The notes under the pieces are model-generated. The model searched no databases. It was not told the origin of the DNA and saw only the letters and a list, made by a program, of their open reading frames with translations. A program made the position numbers and the translations under genes. 64,000 nt of DNA. Source: Octopus sinensis. Lineage: Eukaryota. Positions within the stretch are counted from its first letter, which is position 1. Each line of letters starts with the position of its first letter. Shown in pieces: positions 1-12,754 of the stretch. The stretch covers positions 6,448,001 to 6,512,000 of the forward strand of contig NC_043017.1 in NCBI RefSeq assembly GCF_006345805.1, written 5' to 3'.

Positions 1-60
1 ATAATGCAACATTTTTACTTTTCAAAAATTCCAATTCTAAAAGGTCGAAAAGAAAACAAA

Positions 61-89
61 CCCGAGCAACGCCGGGCTATACTGCTAGT
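61..89 (+). mobile_element. Helitron-like 3' terminus
   Basis: GC hairpin CCCGAGCAACGCCGGG followed 8 nt later by CTAG|T, the classical Helitron 3' end. Confidence 0.6.
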
Positions 90-119
90 AAAAAGATAAA
101 GCTGTAGCTATACTCATCT

Positions 120-310
120 ATTGTTATACCAACAGCCGTCTACGTCTGGCGAAACCCGGAAGAAGACGGTGAAGGTCTCTCAGTTACTGGTCGCGTTCCA
201 TTAATGCTGCCTGCATTCAGCCCTGGACATCTCTTTCCGGAACAGAGTGAGAAAGAAAGAAGTGATGAGAAGAGCAGGCAAGGGAAGTTTACAAGACATG
301 ATGACTATGG
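120..310 (+). mobile_element. Degenerate RTE-type LINE ORF2 C-terminal fragment
   Basis: Disrupted translation ...VAFH*CCLHSALDISFRNRVRKKEVMRRAG resembles the RTE motif AFHxRCLRxILxIxWxDRVxNxEVLxRAG. Confidence 0.55.
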
Positions 311-323
311 AGGGACATGTAGG

Positions 324-743
324 TGTCTTTACACCTCCATGATGTTTTCAAGTTTCCAGTAGGAATCCTTTGGGGATCCCCGTCTCACGACCCACATGTC
401 CGACAGATTTCTGTGGGGATCGTTGGAGGGTTTTCCAACACTTGTTTTTCCTTTGGGCAGCTGGTTGATGACCATGGTCCTTCTGAACGCTACTTGTGGA
501 TCTCGTGCAAAGATCCATCTAATTCAAACTTACTTCAGATGCAAACAGTGAATCTTTGAGAAAATGTCTCCTAAATTGTCTTTACACCTCCACAATGTTT
601 TCATGCTTCCAGTAGGAATGATTTGGGGATTCTTGTCTCACAGCCCATTTGTCAAACAGTTTTTTGTGGGAATCAGTGGAGGGTTTCCAGCAATTGTTTT
701 TCCTTTGCAGGGCCAGTTGATGACCATGATCCTTCTGAATGCT
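324..743 (-). repeat. Diverged direct duplication (~165 bp, 324-492 and 578-743), possibly LINE-derived
   Basis: Both copies run TGTCTTTACACCTCCA...GATGACCATG.TCCTTCTGAA; the minus strand has a weak QLPKGK pre-RT-like stretch. Confidence 0.5.
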
Positions 744-966
744 GGCAGAAACGTTAGCACGCCGAGCGAAATGCTTTGCGGTATTTCATCTGTCGCTACG
801 TTCTGAGTTCAAATTCTGCCGAGGTCGACTTTGCCTTTCATCCTTTCGGGGTCGATTAAATAAGTACCAGTTACGCACTGGGGTCGATATAATCGACTTA
901 ATCCGTTTGTCTGTCCTTTTTTGTCCTCTGTAATTTAGCCCCTTGTGGGTAGTAAAGAAATAGGTA
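741..966 (+). mobile_element. SINE family C (tRNA-like head; 3' end like the Tx1 LINE)
   Basis: GCTGGCAGAAACGTTAGCACGCC...GAGTTCAAATT B-box...AGCCCCTTGTGGGTAGTAAAGAAA; several copies in the window. Confidence 0.8.
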
Positions 967-1089
967 TTTCTTTACTACTATAATGAGTCATATAAAACAC
1001 TGGAGGGAGGGTTATGGCTGGAATGTCTTTTAGTCATAGATCTGCTTCATCAAAGCTGTCATATTATAAAACAGTGGGAAGAGCAGTAA

Positions 1090-1450
1090 CAATGCTGACA
1101 CCACCATCACTACCTCTTCCTTCCAGTACTACTAATATTACCACCACTACCACAACCACCTTTACTGTCATCACTACTACTACTACCACCATCATTACTA
1201 CCTTCACTGCTACCACCACCAACATCATCACTACAACCGCCACCACCACCACTCCTATTGTCATTGCTACTACCACCACCATTTCCATCACCACAGCTAC
1301 TGCCACCAACAACATTGCCCGCCATTACTACTACTGCCACCACCACCATCACCACTACCACCTTCACCACTACCGTCTCCAACACTGCCACTTACGGTAT
1401 CAGCTCCACCTTCTTAGCCATTGCCACCACTACCACCATCCATACCATCA
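1090..1450. repeat. Degenerate (ACC/ACT)n trinucleotide microsatellite
   Basis: Direct reading; source of the poly-T, poly-H and poly-V ORFs. Confidence 0.9.
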
Positions 1451-1823
1451 TGGAAGCACTCCGTCGGTTACGACGACGAGGGTTCCGGTTGATCCGAATC
1501 AACGGAACAGCCTGCTCGTGAAATTAACGTGTAAGTGGCTGAGCACTCCACAGACACGTGTACCCTTAACGTAGTTCTCGGGGATATTCAGCGTGACACA
1601 GAGAGTGACAAGGCCGGCCCTTTGAAATACAGGTACAACAGAAACAGGAAGTAAGAGTGAGAGAAAGTTGTGGTGAAAGAGTACAGCAGGGATCACCACC
1701 ATCCCCTGCCGGAGCCTCGTGGAGCTTTTAGGTGTTTTCGCTCACAACGCCTGGTCTGGGAATCGAAACCGCGATCCTATGACCGCGAGTCCGCTGCCCT
1801 AACCACTGGGCCATTGCGCCTCC
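1451..1823 (-). mobile_element. SINE family A (tRNA-derived head GGAGGCGCAATGGCCCAGTGGTTAGG)
   Basis: A-box TGGCCCAGTGG, B-box-like GTTTCGATTCC; near-identical copy at 49134-49515. Confidence 0.85.
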
Positions 1824-1892
1824 ACATACCATCATAACCACCATTATGATGATCACAACTACAACTACAAATTAGACATTTCTCTATTGTAG

Positions 1893-1991
1893 CCTTGATC
1901 CATTATTTATTGAAGAACGAGGAAGAAGGGCTCACAATTGAACAACTCATAGACATGTTTACGAAACCTTTTGATATTGTTCTACAAAATG
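1893..1991 (+). CDS. Penultimate coding exon of an unidentified gene (LIHYLLKNEEEGLTIEQLIDMFTKPFDIVLQN)
   Basis: Acceptor tttctctattgtag, donor G|gtaagt, 99 bp, phase 1-1, unique non-repetitive sequence. Confidence 0.65.
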
Positions 1992-2555
1992 GTAAGTTGT
2001 TGTTGCTATTTGCTTTGGTTCACTGGTTTTTAAACAGAAAGATACTAGGATACCATTTCTCTGTTAATAAAAAGACAAAATAGATGTGCTTTCCTGGTGA
2101 GTGACTTGACATGAAACTGTGTTGAAACTAAAACAATTACAGCCTGGAAGATACATATTAGCCATTAAAAAACATGCAAAGTATGTTGTGTGGTCAGAGG
2201 TATGCTTTCGAATATCATGGTTCTGAGTTCAGTCCCACTGTGTGGTACCTTGGGCAAATGTTTTCTACTATAGCTTCAAGCTGACTAAACCAGAAGAAAG
2301 AGTGAGAGAAAGTTGTGGCGAAAGAGTACAGCGGGGATCGCCATAATACCCTGCCGCAGCCTCGTGGAGCTTTATGTGTTTTCGGTCAGTAAACATTCAC
2401 AACGTCCGGTCTGGGAATCGAAACCGCGACCCTACAGCCGCGAGTCCACTGCCCTAACCACTGGGCCATTGTGCCTCCACACACATGTACACACTGAAAG
2501 AAGCCTGTTGTGTGTGTGTATATATATATATGTATGTATATATATATATGTATAT

Positions 2556-2595
<40 letters not shown>

Positions 2596-2596
2596 C

Positions 2597-3050
2597 GTTT
2601 AAATATTGTTGTGCAAGATTTTTTATGTGAAGTCGTGTGTTGAAACAGATATTGTTATATTTCGGAATGGTCATATTGCCAGTTTAGCCAATAAAAACAC
2701 ACGCACTATATATTTGGTGTTATTTTGCTTCAGTGATATTTATTTTTTACATTAATCTTAATCTTATTTCGGCCAAAGTTCTTTCGTCACGCTCCTGTGA
2801 CCGCATCAAATGAAGACATACAATAGAAATACAAAATGGCTGACGGTTAGTAAGGAGAGACACAAGTAAGTGAGAAGAAACAAAGGACCACTGATGCGGT
2901 CACAGGAGTGTGACGAAAGAACTTTGGCCGAAATAGATTAAGATTAATGTAAAAAATAAATATCACTGAAGCAAAATAACACCAATATATAGTGCGTGTG
3001 TTTTTATTGGCTAAACTGGCAATATGACCATTCCGAAATATAACAATATA
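2597..3050. mobile_element. Penelope-type terminal fragment with inverted arms and an HHR-like motif
   Basis: Arms 2650-2807 and 2891-3047 are reverse complements; (TA)n flanks; related copy at ~53400-53600. Confidence 0.65.
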
Positions 3051-3107
3051 TATATATATATATATATTCCCTTCGTGTATTTCACGTTATTTATTTATGC
3101 AAATGTT

Positions 3108-3232
<125 letters not shown>

Positions 3233-3610
3233 TATATATATATATATATATATATGTATAATATATATATATATATACACACAACAGGCTTCTTTCAGTT
3301 TCCGTCTACCAAATCCACTCACAAGGTTTTGGTCGGCTCGGGGCTATAATAGAAGACACTTGCCCATAGTGCTACACAGTGAGACTGAACCCAGAACCAT
3401 GTGGTTGGGAAGCAAGCTTCTTACCACTCAGCCACCCTTGAGCATAATAGATTATTTATGCAATCCTAAATCAAATTTGCAAATTAGCACTTTTCTAATT
3501 AAAAATAAGCAACCGTGTTAATTTATGGTTTCATATTATACATAATGATAGTAAGTGTTGTTATTGCTAAAGTATGTTTGTTTTAGTTTTTTTTTACTTT
3601 TCTTTTCCAG

Positions 3611-3663
3611 ATTTGGTTTGGCCACTTCAAAAATATCTCTATCCGAATGACTACATGGAATAG
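3611..3663 (+). CDS. Terminal coding exon of the same unidentified gene ((D)LVWPLQKYLYPNDYME*)
   Basis: Long polypyrimidine tract plus ccag acceptor; in phase with the 1893-1991 exon; TAG at 3661-3663. Confidence 0.65.
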
Positions 3664-3700
3664 GACAACAGTGGAATTGCAAGCCCTGTGGTCAAGGAAA

Positions 3701-3744
3701 AATAAAATATACTGTTATACTGACGAGCGAAATCATCCAATAAA
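3701..3744 (+). terminator. Candidate polyadenylation signals AATAAA (3701-3706 and 3739-3744)
   Basis: Hexamers 38-80 nt after the predicted stop. Confidence 0.4.
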
Positions 3745-3774
3745 ATATTTATAATCGTTCACTGTCGTTGTACT

Positions 3775-3781
3775 TGCTACT

Positions 3782-3819
<38 letters not shown>

Positions 3820-3942
3820 TGTTGTTGTTGTAGTAGTAGTAGTAGTAGTAGTTGTTGTTGTAGTAGTAGTAGTAGTAGTAGTAGTTGTTATTCTTGTTGT
3901 TGTTGTTGTAGTAGTAGTAATAGTAGTAGTAGTAGTAGTAAT
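3775..3942. repeat. (TAG)n/(TTG)n microsatellite
   Basis: Direct reading. Confidence 0.95.
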
Positions 3943-4009
3943 CCTCCACCTCCTTCTCTGCCTCCTCCTCCTTCTTTGCTGCTTTTTAGCTCCAGGTAAA
4001 CCTTAACGT

Positions 4010-4323
4010 TTTTTTTGTTTTGTTTTTTCCTTCTCGAGCCATGCCTGGCTCATAAGGGCCGGTTTCCCGGTTTCCTTGGCGTATAGGTTCCCTACCTGGA
4101 CGGGACGCCGGTCCGTCGCAGGTGAGCTGCAAGATGCAGGAGGAAAGAGTGAGAGAAAGTTGGGGCGAAAGAGTCAGCAGAAGTTCGCCATTACCTTCTG
4201 CCGGAGCCGCGTGGAGTTTAGGTGTTTCGCTCATAAACACACACATATCGCCCGGTCTCAAATTCGAACCCGAGATCCCTCGATCGCGAGCCCGCTGCTC
4301 TAACCACTAGGCCATGTGCCTCC
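4010..4323 (-). mobile_element. SINE family A variant with a different 3' half
   Basis: Family A-like tRNA head; copy at 43590-43893. Confidence 0.8.
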
Positions 4324-4332
4324 AAACCATAA

Positions 4333-4564
4333 CGGCGAGCTGGTAGAAACGTTAGCACGCCAGGCGAAATGCTTAGGAGTATTTCGTCTGTCTTTATGTT
4401 CTGAGTTCAAATTCCGCCGAGGTCGACTTTGCCTTTCATCCTTTCGGGGTCGATAAATAAAGTACCAGTTATGCACTGGGGTCGATATAATCGACTTAAT
4501 ACCTATGTCTGTCCTTGTTTGTCCCCTCTGTGTTTAGCCCTTTGTGGGTAATAAAGAAATAGGT
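4333..4564 (+). mobile_element. SINE family C
   Basis: Matches 741-966 and 55120-55350. Confidence 0.85.
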
Positions 4565-5064
4565 ACAGATCTATGATCAAAGATACTCTACCCATGGCTA
4601 TTTCATCCTTCTCTTGGAACATTATTCATCAAGAACAGTGTTTTCCAAACTCCTCCGGCTGGTGACACCTTTTGAAACAAACATAATTCAGCAACACACC
4701 AATTAATTTTTATGCAAGCCTAACATTAATTATTTTCATACGATCTACCATGGCCAAAAGATGTGATTCACGATGCAAAAATACAATGAGTAATTATAAT
4801 ATTTGTATTCTCTCTTTTTGCTGAAGTTGTAAAAAAAAACCCTTTCCTGAACCTATCGTTGAGAGTGCGCCATCCGTGCATATTGCTACACAGTTTAGCC
4901 ATAATTAATTATTCTCCATAGGGAGCCGAGCTGGCAGAAACGTTACATTCTTTGACACTGGCCGTTCTGCCTTTTCTCAAATATTACTCTCTAGTAAATT
5001 CTCTACCAATAAGCAATTCTATTGACACAAAAATCTAATTTTCGTCTTCTATTCCTTCTTTTTT

Positions 5065-5260
5065 TCTTTTATTTGTTTCAGTCATTTGACTGCCGCCATG
5101 CTGGAGCACCGCCTTCAGTCGAGCAAATCGATCCCAAGACTTATTCCTTGTAAGCCTAGCACTTATTCTATCGGTCACTCTTGCCAAACCGCTAAGTGAC
5201 GGGGACGTAAACACAACAGCGTCGTTGTCAAGCGACGTTGGCGGGATAAACGCAGATACA

Positions 5261-5314
<54 letters not shown>

Positions 5315-5475
5315 CGACGGGATTCTTTCAGTTTCCGTCTACCAAATCAACTCACAAGGCTTTGGTCAGCCCGAGGCTATAGTAGAAGACACTTGCCCAA
5401 GGTGCCACGCAGTGGGACTGAAACCGGAACCATGTGGTTGGTAAGCAAGCTACTTACCACACAGCCACTCCTGCT
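5065..5475 (-). mobile_element. SINE family B (CORE-like, internal (TA)n(TG)n, CR1-like 3' end)
   Basis: tRNA-like head, CORE-like GCACCTTGGGCAAGTGTCTT, 3' GGCGGTGCTCCAGCATGG...CAGTCAAATGACTGAAAC. Confidence 0.85.
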
Positions 5476-5574
5476 TCTAATGACATATTTTATACGTATG
5501 CATATTGCATTCTTTTGTATCTAATGTATTTAATATATTTTGTATATTGATCTGTCTAACTTGCTTCTCTCATA

Positions 5575-5736
5575 GGTGCAGGAGTGGCTGTGTGGTAAGT
5601 AGCTTGCTTACCAACCACATGGTTCCGGGTTAGTCCCACTGCGTGGCACCTTGGGCAAGTGTCTTCTACTATAGCCTCGGTCCGACCAATGCCTTGTGAG
5701 TGGGTTTGGTAGACGGAAACTGAAAGAAGCCTGTCG

Positions 5737-5801
<65 letters not shown>

Positions 5802-5990
5802 TTGTGCGTCTGTGTTTGTCCCCTAGCATTGCTTGACAACTGATGCTGGTGTGTTTACGTCACCGTCACTTAGCGATTCGGCAAAAGAAACCGATAGAAT
5901 AAGTACTGGGCTTACAAAGAATAAGTCTCGGGGTCGATTTGCTCGACTAAAGGCCGCAGTCAAATGACTGAAACAAGTAAAATAAAATAA
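5575..5990 (+). mobile_element. SINE family B
   Basis: Same consensus; head-to-head with the 5065-5475 copy. Confidence 0.85.
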
Positions 5991-6003
5991 AAAAATAAAA
6001 TAG

Positions 6004-6057
<54 letters not shown>

Positions 6058-6500
6058 CTACAAAATGGGACAAGAGCGCAAAACATCCAGAAGATGATAC
6101 AAAAAACACGGATGGGTCATTCGATGCCTTTAATCTTCAGTCAAGAACCGGATCATCCTCGCAGTTTCGGCTGATTAATCTTGAGATTGCTCCAATCAGG
6201 CCAGCCCTAAGGAAAAACTAAGTTAAGAGCATTAGATTCCTTGGAAAAAAGCTTCGAATGTATACGAAACAAGGACGGAAAAACGGACGATGTTACATGA
6301 ATATAAATACAAAAATTATACGAAAAACAAAAACAATAATAATAACAGGACATCACAACAGGTGTCTTTCGACTGGAGACGAATTGAATTCAGCTGGCGT
6401 GTTAGGAAGTAATCCTTACGGCAGAGGAAAAATGTCGATGATACAGCGAACACTGCCAAACCCATAGAGGCCATAGTCGACCAGCGGTCACGTGAGAAGA
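6058..6500. mobile_element. Dispersed repeat inserted in (TA)n, probably a Penelope-type end
   Basis: Shares TTTCGGCTG...GAGATTGCTCCAA...ATGTATACGAAA with 17660-17850 and 34080-34420. Confidence 0.55.
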
Positions 6501-6697
6501 GAAGAGAGAGGAAAAGAGGAAGAAAGGAATTAAGGAGGGGGAGAAGAGAGAGAGACAGACAGACAGAGACAAAGTGAAATGCAAAGTAAGAAAGACAAAG
6601 AATGTAAAAGAGAGGGGAGAGAGAGTGTTGTACAAGTCGTACAAAGTTTAGTGAAATGTGTACTTACATATAAGAGAACAAAGTGTACGTACGTCGC

Positions 6698-6753
<56 letters not shown>

Positions 6754-7698
6754 CAAAATGGGACAAGAACGCGGGTTACGACGACGAGGGTCCCAGCTGA
6801 TACGAGTAATAACTAACTTGTATAATTTTTTCTCTTTAATGATACGGTATACAAATGTATCAGGAAGAGAACCAGGTGGAATTCTGTTTCAAGCACCTCA
6901 TGTAACCTCTCATTTTCTTGTAATTTTCCAGAACACTTTTGCGATTTAGTATTCTACACAAAGATATCCATACGACAAGGGATAAAAAGTAAAAATTTCG
7001 TGTGTGATTTAAGGACTATCTAGCTGTTATTTTTAGCACGTCTCACAACCACTTGGTACCCTTCTCGTTTATTTGTCATTCTGACATATTGATGTTTTTC
7101 AATGTCTTTCTTACCATAAACACATTTAATTACCTATTACTCGGATTTAAGCAAAAAATTCGGACTGTTCGCATTTTAAACTGATTTTTAAAAATTTGAA
7201 AAATTAAAAAAAAAAAATTTTTCCTCGTCGTACGAATTCCCTTTTATAGAACACAAATTCACAGAAATGTTCTGAAAATTCCAAAAAATAGAAAAAGCTT
7301 ATGAGAGGTTATAAGGCGTGTCTTTACCAGAATTCTTCTGGGAGACACATCTGCAGATTACGAAGAAACTATACAGAATATTTTACGTTGAGTTCTTTTA
7401 TTTAGTCGAATTTCGTTAATTTCATATCAAACCATTTTTCCGTGATTCTCTTTCGTTTGACCTAGATATTTTTTAATTGTTGCTGACTAGGAATCGATAT
7501 TGATGTGTATGAGTTTTTTTTTTCTTTCCAAAAGCAATTCTGGAGAATTGAAAGGGCATTTGCTTTATATTGTCTTTATCATGTCTTAATCATTTTACCC
7601 CATTTTTCTTTTATATGCTCAAAGAGAACGAAGATAATATACTGAAATATTGTGCTGAATATGTTATAGGCGTTTTTAATGCATTTGAGAAGGTCCCA

Positions 7699-8280
7699 TT
7701 AACAAAGGGACGTGGGTTGGAGTTCCACACAGATAGGAAAGTCTTCTTTTTTCTGTCGAGGGCTTATATGCCACTTTGTAAGACTATTTTCCTTAGTCAT
7801 TGCACTAGTGTGTTACTTGTACACCAGCGAATGAGCCTCCTTGCTTCTGTCAAATTTAAGAACTATATTAGTTCGTATTTGTTTTATGTAAACAAACTTT
7901 CTATATGCTTTCGGGGCGAACGGTTTTTCTATACGACGCCGTGTTTTACAATCCTGTAAATAAAAATAATGGGGTCTTTTTATAAAAGCTTAACGCTATG
8001 GAGATCACCGAGCAATGACTAAGGAGAGTAATCTAATAAAGGGGCATATAAGCTCTCGATAGAAAAAGAAGGGTTTCTTATCCGCGTGGGACTCGAAACA
8101 GAAAGGCTAATTCGGTGGTGTGAAGGTAACACACTTAGTCGCATTAACAAAGGGATGTGCGTTCGAGTCCAACTCGGATAGGAAAGTCTTCTTTTTTCTA
8201 TCGAGGGCTTCTATGCCCCTTTATCAGACTATTTTCCACTGCATGGTGATCGCCATAAGCTTACATAAAATGGCATTATC
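7699..8280. repeat. Three ~100-bp related units in +/-/+ orientation with Pol III A/B-box-like motifs
   Basis: 7699-7803 and 8143-8240 are direct copies, 8012-8097 is inverted; GTTCGAGTCC at 8161-8170. Confidence 0.6.
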
Positions 8281-8684
8281 AATATATATATATATATAGG
8301 TTTAACGTTTGGATTATTGGTATCATCTCCCACAATGATCTCAGCAACTTGTGATGCTGGTAAGATTGTATGCAATCCTGTCAATTGCCACTCCTCACAC
8401 TACACCTCTCAATAAGAAAAAGAGGTAGTAAGCATGAGGAATAGTAGGAGAGTCATTGAATAGTTTGAGAGGAGTAATTCGTTTTGTCGGATTTTGCCAG
8501 ACTGGAACCGGACCGGTTAATTTTCGTGAAACCCATATAGATGTTGACACTCTCCCGTTACCCATGGTTCCTCAAACCAGGATTGGTCGAAATCGCTCCT
8601 GTGGTTCTGGAGGAGTTTCGTAACAAAATTTTCACACACACACACACACGTAAATATCGCAATTATAGCATAGATATAGCTCTA

Positions 8685-8980
8685 TTACTGTTTCAGTCTT
8701 TCGACTGCGGCCATGCGGGAGCACCGCCTTTAATCGAGCCAATCGTCCCAAAGACATATACTTTTGCCGAATCGCTAAGTTACGGGGACGTAAGCGCACC
8801 AGCAACGGTTGTCAAGCTGTGTTGGCTGGACAAACACACTCACACACACCACACACACACACACACATACGACGGGTTTCTTTTAGTTCCCGACTAGCAA
8901 ATCCACTTACACTTAGTAGGGCTGAATCCGGAACCATATGGGCGGTAAGCAAGCTACTTAGCACACAGCCACTCCGGCGC
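8685..8980 (-). mobile_element. SINE family B, diverged
   Basis: Family B head and 3' motifs. Confidence 0.7.
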
Positions 8981-9055
8981 TATAGCTAGGATTGATATAT
9001 GTTGACATGAATTTTCATATCCAGGATGCTCAGTGATACATAGGAAGAACTGCTG

Positions 9056-9116
<61 letters not shown>

Positions 9117-10368
9117 ATAGATAGTGTTGAACATCAGTCATTTCCTGTGTATTAAGCGATATTTAACGAGATGCAAAAGGGTCTTTATGGACAATCTGGT
9201 ATGTAAGGACAGGACATTGTGATTTATCGGTAGAGTCTTTCTGTATGAAGTGCTTCATAGTGAATTTAAGACAAGAAAGGAACCACAATATACAGTATTC
9301 AGAAAAGTATTGATCCATGCACTCAGCTGAATGTATAATCTTCCAGGTTTTCAGTCGGCACTTATCTAAATGATGACATTTGTTACACATCTCTAGTTTC
9401 ACAATTTATTAAGGTCGACGAATTTATTAAGGTAAGTGGCAATTTTCATCAATGCAAACTCGTAAATATTTGTTCCGTTCTTGCATGGTCTGCATCTTTT
9501 GCTAATATCGAATGCAGTAATCAGGTTCTTCAAAATTTCATTCCTCTTCTCTATATTTTTGAACAAAGGAATACGGTTGAAATAGAGGTATTAGAATATA
9601 TTTTCCAACATACCTACGTGGTATTTATTCGAAAATGTCAGAACGGATAAACTTAATGTCGTAAGTGTTGTTAGTATTATTAAACCTGCTTAAAGCATCG
9701 AGCTGGCAGAATCTTTCCCACACTGGACAAAATGCTTAACAGCATTTCGTCCGTTTTTATGTCCTGCGTTCAAATGCCACCGGGGTCGACATTGCCTTCC
9801 ACCAATTCGAGAACGATAAAATGAATAGCAGTGAAGCACCGGAGTTGATGGAGTCGACTTGCCTCCTCCTCCGACGAAACTACTCACCTTGTGGCAATAT
9901 TTAAAACCATTATTTATGTCTTTGAAGATGGTTCTTAAGCAATAACGAAGTTGAAAAAGAATATGAGTGAACCTTAAGTGATTATGTGTGTGTGTGTGTG
10001 TGTGTGTGCGTTTGCACGCACGTGTGTGTTTGTATGTGTGTGAGAGTATATGCATTTGCATTATTTGTGATTTTGACATAATTTATCATCATTTAGTGAT
10101 ATCATTTATTATTTATATTTATTCTAACATGATTACTCTATGATTACAATCCTAAAAAAGAGAAAACCCCAACATTTAAACCTAATTTATGTCTTCTTAA
10201 GCTGCTAACTTGAAACAAACATAAATATTAGTAGACGAGAGTTCTAATGACCAATTTTATATGACTATCGATTAGTGTATGTATTTCACGTATTTAACAT
10301 AATTTATAAATTGATCTGTCTAACTTGCTTATACCTACATTATATATATATATATATATATATAATGT

Positions 10369-10415
<47 letters not shown>

Positions 10416-10472
10416 GAGATAAACGTACACTCTTATATTCGTCTCAGCCACTAGGCTAGGTCATGTTGGAGC

Positions 10473-10506
<34 letters not shown>

Positions 10507-10826
10507 TATATTATATTAAATTAGAGATAAAACCACTATTAGACAAATCAAACAGTGAAAAACATAAGACAATACATAAAATTAATTTAAAAATATAAAC
10601 GTTGAAAATTTAAAAGTTGTAAAAATTATTTAAACTTATAAATCTAAATATATATATACAAATATATATATATGTATGTATATTTTTATATTTATATATT
10701 ATTTTGTTTATTTATTTATTTATATTTATTTATATTTTATTTATTTATATTTTTTCTTTATTTTTTTAAAAATTTTATATATAAATATCAAAAGTATTAA
10801 AGGTTTAATAAAAGATAAAGAGTAAA

Positions 10827-10921
10827 ACACTACGATCGTTTCATGGCTGTACCAATTCGAATAACAATAATTTAAATTCAATTAATAATTCGAGTTATGG
10901 TTACAGTCAATCTTCAGGTTA
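10827..10921 (-). ncRNA. Type I hammerhead ribozyme motif in pLTR
   Basis: CUGAAGA-long stem II-GAAA-C GAUC G-UA; palindromic stem III; stem I weak. Confidence 0.6.
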
Positions 10922-12350
10922 ATTGAAATATTTTTAAAATAATCAGAAATATTTAAACAATATTTTTAGGATATAAATAATATAATAATTTTACTTATAA
11001 TAAACTCTCTTATCAAAGTAGAACCTTAAAACTTAATAATAATGATTATATCTAAATCGATTATAATGTTAATTATTAATTTAATTTTTAAGATAAGAAA
11101 CCCACCGTAAATCTAACTTCAGTAATAGTCTATATCTAATTACATAAATATTTTTTTTAAATGACTATTATATATAAAAATTTATCAATGGATATATATA
11201 ATATATATATATGAATATTATTATTAAGATTTAAAATAATCTCTATAAATAAATATATATGCACATATAATAAAGACCTAATAAATTAATATTTCATATT
11301 TAAAAATAAAATATCTAAACTGAAATGTACAAACGAACAATCTTAAACGAACTTTCGGAAATCTTATTTAAAATACTTATACAAATAATCAATTCGTAGT
11401 TATATAGTATCGAATAAATACTATAAATACTATAAATATATTTATCAATGGAAAATATCAATTTAAAGAGACAATAACTAAGTTATGCTATTAAGTTAGA
11501 CATGGCCTGGACCAATATTTGGTCGAAACATATCTAAGTTTATCAAAGTTTATCTAATTTTAATTATAAGAAATTTAAAACTACAATTAATACTATTAAT
11601 ACATGTATATACATAAATCTAAGTTTAGACAACTCGTACTCTTGCTATTTAATATCTAATAATTATATAGAAATTTACGATAATTAGATCATTACATAAA
11701 CAACAATATTTACATAAGAAAAATATTATTACACCAAAGACTTATAGATATTAAAATTTACAATTTAAAGATGTTAAATATAAATAGATACTTACCTTAG
11801 CGAGGTTTTGTAATGAACTAAAATTTTGAATCGGAAAACGTCTTTACAGCGTTTATAAGAATACTCGGGGAATTACGTTATTAGCAAAAAAGAATAAATT
11901 GTTGAAGAATTCATTAAGCGTGAGGAACAAATACGCTTTATCAATGAAGATTGTAAATGGGAATAGTAATGGTTTAAAAAGAGTAAAAGAATGAAGTCAC
12001 AGATAAAGAATAAAATCACTCTATAATATAAGATTTATTAATAAATATGATAAATAATAGTTAATAGAAAATATATTAAATAATTTAAATGATAAAAACC
12101 CCTAATTATTAAATATACTCTAAGAATCTTATATGATTAATAAATATATAAAAAATTTCATTATAGTAACCCCTCAACGTACTATAAAGTCTTTCCCATA
12201 CACTTAAAATAAGCTATAATTAGTGATCATAACCAAAATCTCTAAAATACTTATCAAAATTTGCGGTATAACTATACATACGTATACATATATATATAAA
12301 TATACATACATACACATATACATATATTTATATATACATACATATATATA

Positions 12351-12399
<49 letters not shown>

Positions 12400-12488
12400 T
12401 ACACATATATACACAGAAATACACACATACACATACATACATGTACATACATACAATACTCAATAAATACACATACACTTATATACAC

Positions 12489-12519
<31 letters not shown>

Positions 12520-12754
12520 AATAAATGTATATATATATATACTTATATATACACGTACATCAACCTATACACATATATACATACACAAACACATATATCA
12601 TATAAATAAATACGTATATAAATTTCTATATTCATACTTTAATACAAAAATAGAGGTAAACATTAAGTTTAATCTAAATATTTAATCTTACTAATCTAGA
12701 ATACTATTACATAAATCAACAAATAAGGAGCTAATTAAAGCTAAGAAATATTCA

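Noticed and set aside
1750-1823. tRNA genes at SINE heads
   Set aside because: A/B boxes present but they run into SINE bodies with no complete cloverleaf
1960-1991. FDIVLQND as a sign of cytosolic 5'-nucleotidase III
   Set aside because: Only a short resemblance to YDIVLVxD; flanking residues do not fit, so no name is given
5225-5524. Recurrent peptide [10 protein letters not shown]...RRHLPKVPRSGTEPGTMWL in several ORFs
   Set aside because: Antisense translation of SINE family B
6110-6215. CTGAAGA and GAAAC motifs in the 6058-6500 repeat as a hammerhead
   Set aside because: CUGAAGA is followed by GAAU and no consistent three-stem fold was found
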